DNA of 64,000 bases from an uncultured Gammaproteobacteria bacterium. GTDB taxonomy: Bacteria; Patescibacteriota; Microgenomatia; CAZETR01; Amesbacteraceae. The notes beneath the pieces were generated by a model. It saw only the letters and a list, made by a program, of their open reading frames with translations. It searched no databases and was not told the DNA's origin. Positions 29,189-37,148 of this stretch are shown piece by piece; position 1 is the stretch's first letter; each line of letters begins with the position of its first letter. Made by a program: the position numbers and the translations under genes. The stretch is taken from the NCBI GenBank assembly GCA_964502885.1, contig CAZCXU010000002.1:27843-91842 (forward strand), written 5' to 3'.

Positions 29189-31036
29189 ATGTTAAACACT
29201 CACCTGATGATGGGGAAGCTTGGAAAGACTTTGGTGCTTGCGGCGGTATTTTTTTTCTTTGGTTTAGCCAAATCGGCAAGCGCGCAGACGTGTGAATTCA
29301 TTCCGATGGGGCCGGCTTTGACTGATTTGGGATCAAATGAATATCTGCGAATGACCTCACGTTCACCGGCAACTTTCCTGACTGCCGGAGTAATCGGAGG
29401 CCTATATCCTAATGGTTCGAACATCCGGCCAGCAATACACCAGGCTGCAGGGGAAAGCATAGCTGCCCAAATACGGCCTTTGGACGCAAATGGAAACCCC
29501 AGTACATCCGGATGGATAGGATTTGGGTCAATAGGTATGTCGAATACATCGATGGAATTTGGAAAGTTCAAATCTGTCGCTGATGCTGACCCACAAGTTC
29601 ATGACAGACTGAGAATTGCCAATACGGCGTTGAGCGGAGGGGTAATTGAGAGATGGGTCGATCCCCTGAGTCCATACTATCAACAGTACTGGAGCACTTT
29701 TGATCAGCAAGTGCACAATTACGGCCTAACGCACAGTCAAATACAGATAGTGTGGGCAAAAATCACTCAGTTTGCATACCAGCCAAATTTCCCCGATGAC
29801 ATGGTAGCTTTGAAAAATATGTACAAATCACTTGTGTATGAATTGAGAAACCGTCTGCCTAATCTGAAGATGATTTATTTCTCCAGTCGGACCAGATCGT
29901 TCAGTTACCTGAGAGGGTTGGCACCCGAACCAACTGCTTTTGAGAACGGAATCGCGGTTCGATGGTTAATTGAAGAGCAACTCAACAACGATCCATCCTT
30001 GAATTTTCGACCGGAGAATGGGCCAGTAACGGCACCCTATATCAGCTGGGGTCCGTATTTATGGATCGATGGACTTAATCCCCGATCTGACGGGAGAGTG
30101 TGGCCGATTTCATATGTAACCACCGACTGCACACATCCTTCCGAAACGGGAATCAATTATGTATCAGATATGATGATGGAATACTTTAAGTCTGATCTGA
30201 CAACCAGACCGTGGTTTGTGAATTCGTGGGCCCCCATGCCAACCCCTCGCCCAACTTCTACCGTCACTCCCACACCTACCATAGCTCCAACTCCCACAGA
30301 GATACCGTCAGCCACTCCAACGCCAACGACAGAGATCACTCCGACGCCTACAAATATTCCTACTCCCACAGCTACACCCACGGCTGTCCCCACAGCAACA
30401 CCGACTCCGACACCACTTCCAGCAGGCAGCCCGATTTCCTGGTGGGGGTTTGGACAGGATATGGTCACAGACGAAATCAACGGGTGTGGTGACTGCGCAA
30501 ACGTTTCTGCCACATGGTTTACTCCCAGCGTAATTTCCGGAGGGTATGATTTTAACGGCACCACTTCTTACCTGAACCTGGGAGCTTTCCCTTATCTCAA
30601 TGGGCGGAGCACATTCTCTCTGTCAGCCTGGGTCAGGCCGGATTTTGCGGTGACTGACACCACATGGAGATATATATTCTCGGATGGTAACAACGTACAG
30701 TTGTTTTATCTGGGGCAAAACCGTTATTGGAGGGCCAGCGTGAGGACAACCGCTGGCACTATCCGTGTCAATTCACCCACTGCTTCATGGACTCCCGGGA
30801 CATGGCATCAGATAGTAATCACTTATGACGGGGCCGCTATCAAGATGTACTGGGATGGGACACAAGTTGCCAGCGCTGTGGCCACAGGAAATGTGATGCC
30901 GGAATCCGGAGCCACCACTCTCGGGGGATTGGCCAGTATATCAACTACCAGATTTGACGGAGCAATAGATGAACTTAAGATCTACCCACAGGCGTTAACC
31001 GCTGAACAGGTGAACTCTCAATATTTGGCTCAGTAA
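29189..31036 (+). CDS. Secreted multidomain protein: unknown N-terminal ~330-aa domain, Pro/Thr-rich linker, C-terminal LamG (concanavalin A-like lectin) domain
   Basis: Signal peptide MGKLGKTLVLAAVFFFFGLAKSASA. The PT linker is residues ~350-410. The LamG core is TFSLSAWVRPDF...WHQIVITYDGAAIKMYWDGTQV...FDGAIDELKIYPQALTAEQV. Confidence 0.7.
   Translation: MLNTHLMMGKLGKTLVLAAVFFFFGLAKSASAQTCEFIPMGPALTDLGSNEYLRMTSRSPATFLTAGVIGGLYPNGSNIRPAIHQAAGESIAAQIRPLDANGNPSTSGWIGFGSIGMSNTSMEFGKFKSVADADPQVHDRLRIANTALSGGVIERWVDPLSPYYQQYWSTFDQQVHNYGLTHSQIQIVWAKITQFAYQPNFPDDMVALKNMYKSLVYELRNRLPNLKMIYFSSRTRSFSYLRGLAPEPTAFENGIAVRWLIEEQLNNDPSLNFRPENGPVTAPYISWGPYLWIDGLNPRSDGRVWPISYVTTDCTHPSETGINYVSDMMMEYFKSDLTTRPWFVNSWAPMPTPRPTSTVTPTPTIAPTPTEIPSATPTPTTEITPTPTNIPTPTATPTAVPTATPTPTPLPAGSPISWWGFGQDMVTDEINGCGDCANVSATWFTPSVISGGYDFNGTTSYLNLGAFPYLNGRSTFSLSAWVRPDFAVTDTTWRYIFSDGNNVQLFYLGQNRYWRASVRTTAGTIRVNSPTASWTPGTWHQIVITYDGAAIKMYWDGTQVASAVATGNVMPESGATTLGGLASISTTRFDGAIDELKIYPQALTAEQVNSQYLAQ
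30236..30422 (+). repeat. Low-complexity coding repeat (Pro-Thr linker codons ACN-CCN)
   Basis: ccaac/ccnac units are reiterated, encoding TPTPTIAPTPTEIPSATPTPT... Confidence 0.6.
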
Positions 31037-31067
31037 TAGTAGGCCGTATCTGGTATGGATAGATAAG

Positions 31068-32108
31068 TTATGAGGATTTGATGAGTTCGCAGACCAGCCT
31101 GATGTCTTGCTCAGAAATGTGAAATCCAAGAGGAAGAAAAAGAACAGCTCGTTTTTGTGACCAGGGACTGTCGGTGAATTTAAACCAGACAGGAATTCGG
31201 GATGTACGAAGAAGGATGTCAATGTGAGAAGTGGTTTTTTTAGAAACCACCAATGGAAACGCGTGCAAGTATCCAAACTCAGAGGGGGCCGGCCAGTTGA
31301 CTGACAAGATGCGTGAATACTGAAGAGACTGCCAGTTTTTGAGATGGAAAACTTTTTTGTAATCGATGCGTGAAATATGGAATAACCAGAAGGGATTGCC
31401 AGCGTGGGGACGATAGCTGTCGCCAATAATGTCGTCGTGGAATCGGAGGATTTTGGTGTGGGCAAAGGTAACAAGCCAAAAAGACTTAAAATGCATCCCC
31501 AGCAAAAAAACCAAACGGAACAGCAAAAAGGATAGAGACGAAAAGATAAAGTAGGAGGAGAAAAAATTTTTACCAGGTGGGGGGAAATTTAGACTGGCCG
31601 ACCTGCCAAAAAGCCTACTGCCAGGGAAAGGAGAGACTTTGCGTAAACTGTCGATAACAAAATGACGATTGCTCAGAAAGTATAAGTCGCAGGGATCAAC
31701 CAACCGCTGAACAGAATCTTCGATTATAAGTGAATGTTTAGGAAAATCAGCAAGCCAAGTAGTATCTGAAAAGAGCTGCGATTTAACGCCGCAGGCATGA
31801 AAAATGATCACAACATCCGGCTGAAACAGCCAAAGATAGCGGCGAAATGCAGAGGGGGAAATCTGAAAATGGTCATCCAAAGGATAATAGACATAGTCGT
31901 GTCCGTGACGGCGAAGATTATCCAATACATCCGAACAGTAGAAATCCGGAACCAGAAATTTGAGTTTTTTTTCGGGGAATTTATTTTGCACAAGATGCCA
32001 GAGAGCGTCTTCGAAAGAGTGATAGTAGTAGAAGGACACCCCTGACGGAAGCCGGTTTTTTTGCGATTTAAGAAATGGTTTAATATCAGTCTGATAATAA
32101 TTGAGCAT
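31068..32108 (-). CDS. Hypothetical protein co-located with MBOAT acyltransferase module
   Basis: 346 aa with an internal hydrophobic segment and no motif I can name. It is the third gene in the same orientation after the MBOAT and AlgJ/DltD-like genes. Confidence 0.45.
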   Translation of the reverse strand: MLNYYQTDIKPFLKSQKNRLPSGVSFYYYHSFEDALWHLVQNKFPEKKLKFLVPDFYCSDVLDNLRRHGHDYVYYPLDDHFQISPSAFRRYLWLFQPDVVIIFHACGVKSQLFSDTTWLADFPKHSLIIEDSVQRLVDPCDLYFLSNRHFVIDSLRKVSPFPGSRLFGRSASLNFPPPGKNFFSSYFIFSSLSFLLFRLVFLLGMHFKSFWLVTFAHTKILRFHDDIIGDSYRPHAGNPFWLFHISRIDYKKVFHLKNWQSLQYSRILSVNWPAPSEFGYLHAFPLVVSKKTTSHIDILLRTSRIPVWFKFTDSPWSQKRAVLFLPLGFHISEQDIRLVCELIKSS

Positions 32109-32114
32109 GGGGTA

Positions 32115-33071
32115 TTACAACTTACCCGCGATCTGTGCGGCTACAAATTGGCGACCGGAAAAGTTTAAATGCTCGTTGGGATACTTCTGCTCACTCCATG
32201 CAAACTCGGAGTGAGGTAATGCAAAACTCAAGTTGAGAAGACTAAACCCATAACGGCTGATGATTTCTTCAATTCTTTTGATTTTCAGCGAAACCAAATC
32301 GCGGAATTTTGCACCCAAATACTTTTCGCCAATTTCCCAATCAAGCGGGATGACGTAAAAAACCACATGTGTCCCCTGCTCTTTAAAGAGTCTTGCTAGT
32401 GTTTCTAAAGCTACAAGTTTGCGGTTTTTGAAATCTAGCGGTTGGAGGTAAAAGTAATGAAGTATATCTTCCATGTGAGAATCGCTGTAGGGTTGAAAAC
32501 TGTAAGACTCCAATTCTTTTGCATAAACCAATCCACGGGGAAGATAGACCGGAGCATGATCAAAGATCTCCTGTCTTGAATAGGAATGTGAGGAGCTAGT
32601 CAAACTTGCAACAAATCCAAGAAACGGCTTAACTGGTGTATTGGCGAGAGAAATCCGTAAACGAATATCGGAAAACTGATACTCCGGCCGCAAATCCCAA
32701 GTGGAAGAAAACGAACGCAGATTGATAGGAATCACAATGAATGGAGGTAGATTCTTTTTATCCGCTAAGTATCTGACATACAGGTAGTACATCTCTAAGT
32801 GGTAGGCTTCGTGGTATAGCGGATAAACGGAGAGGTCGGGTAGCACCGACTGAAGAAGTGTTGGGATAGACCGTTTATCCAGGTCGGAGTCTGGAGAAAA
32901 AGCTATCGTACTATCACCAAAGTAGAGCAGCGAGCCTGGTGAAGCCAATGGTGCATTGAGCACCTCTGAGTATGGTAATTTGTAGGGAAAATGCAAAGAA
33001 ATGTACTGTTGAAAATTGAGCAACAGAAGAATGAATAAAATAAATTTGAGAAAAATATTGCGAGAGGCCAT
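32115..33071 (-). CDS. Membrane-anchored extracytoplasmic protein, AlgJ/AlgX/DltD-like partner of MBOAT (putative O-acyl transfer helper)
   Basis: N-terminal TM (IFLKFILFILLLLNF), ~290-aa exported domain, immediately downstream (2 nt) of the MBOAT gene. This is the typical MBOAT + SGNH/AlgJ-like pairing. The assignment rests on context and architecture. Confidence 0.5.
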   Translation of the reverse strand: MASRNIFLKFILFILLLLNFQQYISLHFPYKLPYSEVLNAPLASPGSLLYFGDSTIAFSPDSDLDKRSIPTLLQSVLPDLSVYPLYHEAYHLEMYYLYVRYLADKKNLPPFIVIPINLRSFSSTWDLRPEYQFSDIRLRISLANTPVKPFLGFVASLTSSSHSYSRQEIFDHAPVYLPRGLVYAKELESYSFQPYSDSHMEDILHYFYLQPLDFKNRKLVALETLARLFKEQGTHVVFYVIPLDWEIGEKYLGAKFRDLVSLKIKRIEEIISRYGFSLLNLSFALPHSEFAWSEQKYPNEHLNFSGRQFVAAQIAGKL

Positions 33072-33072
33072 A

Positions 33073-34470
33073 TTAAAACTGGAAATAAATAAATGTCGAT
33101 TTTGCGGGTGTGGAAAAATTGAGCACTATCAGGGCCAGGACAAAATAAAATAACAAGCTGAACCTTGAATAGGCAGAGACGGCTGATGATGGACGATGTT
33201 CTTCTACTAATTCGTAAATAAAGAGAATCGCCAGTCCGACAAGAAGAATCCACGTCTCCGAAAGTGAAATACCCAAACCGGATCCCTGGCGAAAAACATA
33301 AGCAAATGATGAGAAAAAGTCCAGCTTTAAAATACTTCGCACCAGGCTTCCCAAACCAGTATGAAGGTGAGTGGAAATATAAAATGCATCGGAAAGATTG
33401 TTGGCACGGAAAAAAATCCAGGCAAAATTCACGAAAATGAAGGTGAGTAGACGTCCGAAACGGAGGTGTTTTCCTGCCAGCATGTATAACCCATGCAGAC
33501 CTCCCCAGACAAGAAAGGTCCAGTTGGCACCATGCCAAAATCCGCTCAATAAGAAGACCGCAAGAAGATTAAGATTGCTTTTTAACCGGGAAACCTGATT
33601 TCCACCCAGAGGAATGTAGACATAGTCACGAAACCAGGAGGAGAGGGAGATGTGCCAACGCCGCCAGAATTCTCTGATAGTTTTTGAAAAGTATGGCCGA
33701 CTGAAATTGAGACTCATGTGGTACCCAAACGTGCGAGCAGCGCCTATGGCAATATCCGTGTAACCTGAAAAATCGCAATATATTTGGATACCAAATGCAA
33801 AAGTCCCAATCACCAGTGGCGCCCCCAGGTAGTCATGAGGGTTGTTGAATACTTGATTGGCTATGAATGCCAAACGGTCGGCAATAACCATTTTTTTGAA
33901 AAATCCCCAGAGCATTAATTTGAGACCGGAAATCAGATTGTCCCAGGAAAAATGAATAGGCGTGTGAAACTGCGGCAGCATATTGGATGCACGTTCGATG
34001 GGGCCTGCAACAAGCTGAGGGAAAAACATAACGAATAGTGCGTATACTCCCAAATGTTTTTCGGGATTAATTTTGCCGGTATAAACATCTACAATGTAAC
34101 CCATACTCTGAAACGTGTGGAAGGAAAGACCCAGAGGCAAGATGAGTTTTAACAAGGGAAAGGGTAAATTGAGACCGGTAATAAAAAAGTCGTAATACTT
34201 GAAAATAAATAAAGCACCCGAATTGGCGAAAATGCTTACCAGAAAAATTATTTTTCTAGTAAGGCCAGATGTCTTTTGAAGCAGGATGGCGACCGAGTAA
34301 TCAACCACAATGAGAGCAAACAGTATAAATAGGTAACGGGGAATCAGTGTGGCGTAAAAGTGGCAGCTGGCAACAAGAAGTAGCACCCACCGGAAGCGGT
34401 GCGGAGTGTTATAGAACAGGAACAATACTAGAGGGAAAAACCAGAAGAAGTCCAGAGAGTTGAAAGACAC
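33073..34470 (-). CDS. MBOAT family membrane-bound O-acyltransferase (AlgI/DltB/PatA-like)
   Basis: GTG start. A multi-TM protein with the conserved MBOAT region FWRRWHISLSSWFRDYVYIPLGGN and the catalytic-His stretch SGFWHGANWTFLVWGGLHG. Confidence 0.9.
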   Translation of the reverse strand: MSFNSLDFFWFFPLVLFLFYNTPHRFRWVLLLVASCHFYATLIPRYLFILFALIVVDYSVAILLQKTSGLTRKIIFLVSIFANSGALFIFKYYDFFITGLNLPFPLLKLILPLGLSFHTFQSMGYIVDVYTGKINPEKHLGVYALFVMFFPQLVAGPIERASNMLPQFHTPIHFSWDNLISGLKLMLWGFFKKMVIADRLAFIANQVFNNPHDYLGAPLVIGTFAFGIQIYCDFSGYTDIAIGAARTFGYHMSLNFSRPYFSKTIREFWRRWHISLSSWFRDYVYIPLGGNQVSRLKSNLNLLAVFLLSGFWHGANWTFLVWGGLHGLYMLAGKHLRFGRLLTFIFVNFAWIFFRANNLSDAFYISTHLHTGLGSLVRSILKLDFFSSFAYVFRQGSGLGISLSETWILLVGLAILFIYELVEEHRPSSAVSAYSRFSLLFYFVLALIVLNFSTPAKSTFIYFQF

Positions 34471-34496
34471 GAGTGGATTATAAGCCTAATACAGCC

Positions 34497-35438
34497 TTAA
34501 AGCACCGACCTGAGATGAGCCATACTGTCCCAATCGTGAATCGAGACAGGAACAACACGATAACCAAGCGAGGAAAGATCCTGAACCTGATGGGTCAACG
34601 TCTGCTGGTCTACTAAATCAATTTTTGTAAGCAGGATATGTCGGGGAATAGAGACCAAACGGTAGTCATATTTTTCCAGTTCGGCATTTACCATAGTAAA
34701 GTCCGCTAAGACATCCGGTGAGTCAGCGGATATACAATGCAGCAGCTTCTGAACTTTTTCGATGTGTTTGAGAAACTTTATACCTAAACCCTTTCCCTCC
34801 GAAGCACCCTCAATAAGCCCAGGAATATCAGCAATGACTTTGGAATTTGGAAGGGTTCCCAAATTGGCTTCGAGGGTAGTAAAGGGATATGCCCCAATAC
34901 GAGCTCTGGCTTTGGTAAGCTCGTTTAGCAGACTACTTTTGCCAGCGTTTGGTAAACCTATCAGTCCATAATCGGCCAAGAATCTGAGGACCAAATGCAG
35001 GTGACGAATTTGACCCGGAAGTCCCGGCTGAGCTCGTGTCGGAGAGGGATTTCGCGGCGACTTGAATGAGGCATTTCCCCTTCCGCCTAATCCCCCACGA
35101 CAGATTAAGAAGTTTTGATCAGAAGAGACGATATCAAACTGCTCGCCGGTATCCAGATCCGTCAGTGTGGTACCTACGGGAAGTCTGATTTCTATATCAT
35201 CACCCGATTTTCCGGATTGTAAATTTTTGCCTCCGGGGCTACCGTCCGGGGCAGAGATTCTATTGACGGCTGAAAATTGATTGAGAGCTCTCAAGTCTGA
35301 GATCGCCTGGATATACACATCTCCCCCACGGCCACCGTCTCCCCCGTCAGGGCCGGAACGCAGCATAGGACCAAAGGAAACCTTACCGGCACCCCCATGA
35401 CCCGCACTGATAGTAATTTCGACATCATCGATAAGCAT
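34497..35438 (-). CDS. obg: GTPase Obg/CgtA
   Basis: The N-terminal Obg fold has Gly-rich DGGDGGRGGDVY and GGLGGRGN. The GTPase domain has GLPNAGKSSLL (G1), DIPGLIEGA (G3) and TKIDL (G4). Confidence 0.9.
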   Translation of the reverse strand: MLIDDVEITISAGHGGAGKVSFGPMLRSGPDGGDGGRGGDVYIQAISDLRALNQFSAVNRISAPDGSPGGKNLQSGKSGDDIEIRLPVGTTLTDLDTGEQFDIVSSDQNFLICRGGLGGRGNASFKSPRNPSPTRAQPGLPGQIRHLHLVLRFLADYGLIGLPNAGKSSLLNELTKARARIGAYPFTTLEANLGTLPNSKVIADIPGLIEGASEGKGLGIKFLKHIEKVQKLLHCISADSPDVLADFTMVNAELEKYDYRLVSIPRHILLTKIDLVDQQTLTHQVQDLSSLGYRVVPVSIHDWDSMAHLRSVL

Positions 35439-35512
35439 CGCAGTTAGCAGTATACGTGACAGAAGAAAAAAAGCCTAGAAAAGAGGACAGAAATTAGTGA
35501 TTACTAAAATGT

Positions 35513-36061
35513 TTACAAGACTTCATCCGGAGCTGGGGGTGGCAATTCTTCGGGGGGAACACCCATGGACTCCTCAGGAATAGTCATGCCGGGATCGTCC
35601 GTAACGGGGGCGAAACCTTCAAGATACCCGATGGCAAATTGAGGAAGAACTTTTTCCTGCGCACCTGACTGGGTATGCTTCCCCACGGCTGAGAACATAT
35701 CAGTAGCATCGCGACCGCAACCGTTGAGAATTTTTTTACCTCCAGGGTGATTGCCAATAAAGCTGGTCACATCGTAAACCTGGCCGGAAACGGCAATCCA
35801 GCAACTTGATTCGGAATTGTGCATGGACAATTCATCCATTGAAATCACACGAACTTTTTGAGAAGCAGAATCTCCGGAAGGAACAGCATTGTCGCCGGCA
35901 TCTTCCTGTGAGACAGTGGCTGCATCTGAAGATGTAGCGGACGGAGAGAAAGATTTGAATGCAAAGACGGCAGCCACCAATAGAACCAAGATACCCACAA
36001 CAGCACTAATAAGAATTGCCGGTGAGGAGGATCTTTGGGGTGAGGACACTAAATTTTCTTC
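35513..36061 (-). CDS. Membrane-anchored cytochrome b5-like heme/steroid-binding domain protein
   Basis: The C-terminus HNSESSCWIAVSGQVYDVTSFIGNHPGG...GRDATDMF is the cyt-b5 HPGG signature. It is preceded by a TM helix ILISAVVGILVLLVAAVFAF and a Ser-rich linker. The start is trimmed to ATG 36061 because the longer ORF would overlap the RRM gene. Confidence 0.7.
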   Translation of the reverse strand, partial: EENLVSSPQRSSSPAILISAVVGILVLLVAAVFAFKSFSPSATSSDAATVSQEDAGDNAVPSGDSASQKVRVISMDELSMHNSESSCWIAVSGQVYDVTSFIGNHPGGKKILNGCGRDATDMFSAVGKHTQSGAQEKVLPQFAIGYLEGFAPVTDDPGMTIPEESMGVPPEELPPPAPDEVL

Positions 36062-36158
36062 CATTACAGGTATTGAGAATAAAAAATTAAACTGAAGGGA
36101 CGCTGAAATCAGCCCGGGGGAACACTTTCCACTTATACCGGGCGATTTGCAGGTTGGC

Positions 36159-36578
36159 TTATCGATCTCCCCGACGATTATTTTGGCCCATAGGACGACC
36201 TTGAAAACCTCCACGGCCTCCACTGAAACCTCCACGATTGCCGCCTCCGAAGCCACCTCGGTTTCCACCGAAGCCGCCGCGATTACCACCTCCGAAGCCA
36301 CCTCCGGTGCGTTGTGGACGATCGCCTTCCTCTCTGGGCTTGGCAATGTTGACAACGATAGTGCGGCCATCGAGTACTTTACCGTTAAGTTCCTGTACGG
36401 CTTTGTCGGCTTCTTCGGAAGTCGCCATTTCGACGAATCCAAAACCGCGCGATTTACCTGTAAACTTATCGGAAATTACTGAAGCTGATGTTACGTTACC
36501 AACCTGTGAGAAAAATTGATTGAGGGTGTCTGATGTAGTTGCCCACGCCAAACCTCCTACGAATAATTTGTTTGTCAT
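36159..36578 (-). CDS. RNA-binding protein with RRM domain and Gly/Arg-rich (RGG) C-terminal tail
   Basis: RNP2 LFVGGL, RNP1 RGFGFVEM, then GGGFGGGNRGGFGGNRGGFGGGNRGG. A perfect RBS AGGAGGTGATT sits upstream. Confidence 0.9.
   Translation of the reverse strand: MTNKLFVGGLAWATTSDTLNQFFSQVGNVTSASVISDKFTGKSRGFGFVEMATSEEADKAVQELNGKVLDGRTIVVNIAKPREEGDRPQRTGGGFGGGNRGGFGGNRGGFGGGNRGGFSGGRGGFQGRPMGQNNRRGDR
36190..36310 (-). repeat. Short tandem coding repeats (GGF/GNR codons) in the RGG tail
   Basis: Reiterated ccgaagccacctc / gtttccaccgaagccgcc units. Confidence 0.5.
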
Positions 36579-36710
36579 TTAGTAATCACCTCCTTTGTAG
36601 ATACTAGCCTTAGTCGCTGTAAAAGACGCGTTTCCTCTGAACTGCTGCCAGGGAGACGATTACTAAGATTCCAGGATACTTGGGATATTATACCAAAAAC
36701 GGGATGGCAA

Positions 36711-37130
36711 CTACTTGTATAGGGCAATAACAAGCGTGCCCACGGTGATTAAAGACGTGCCCAGGACTACTGGAAAAGTAATTTTTTCATGAAGAAACAG
36801 GGAGGCAAGCACAATGGTAAGCACCAGACTGAATTTGTCGATGGGGGCAACTTTTGAAGCCGGCCCGAGCTGGAGAGCGCGAAAGTAAAATAGCCAGGAA
36901 AGACCGGTAGCCACAGCAGACAGGAAAAGGAAAAGATAGGTTTTTTGCGATATGGAGCGAAGATCGATATCAACTCTATTTAAAAATACGAAACCCCAGG
37001 TAATAAATAAGATGACTGTGGTACGAAGAGCTGTGGCCAGGTGACTATTTATATTTGAAACACCGATTTTGGCAAGGATAGCAGTAGCCGCGGCAAATAC
37101 CGCTGAAAGAAAAGCATAAAAAAGCCACAT
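36711..37130 (-). CDS. EamA-like small transporter (DMT superfamily, 4-TM)
   Basis: 139 aa, four hydrophobic helices, EamA-like pattern. It starts 19 nt after the GH31-like gene. Confidence 0.7.
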   Translation of the reverse strand: MWLFYAFLSAVFAAATAILAKIGVSNINSHLATALRTTVILFITWGFVFLNRVDIDLRSISQKTYLFLFLSAVATGLSWLFYFRALQLGPASKVAPIDKFSLVLTIVLASLFLHEKITFPVVLGTSLITVGTLVIALYK

Positions 37131-37148
37131 GAGATGGAGTATAGAAGA

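Noticed and set aside
30157-30564. Minus-strand ORF through the PT-linker (GV-rich 135 aa), and other antisense ORFs (22353..22904, 10021..10413, 44214..44984, 21066..21305)
   Set aside because: These are low-complexity reverse-complement artefacts of a coding repeat, or shadows of well-supported genes.
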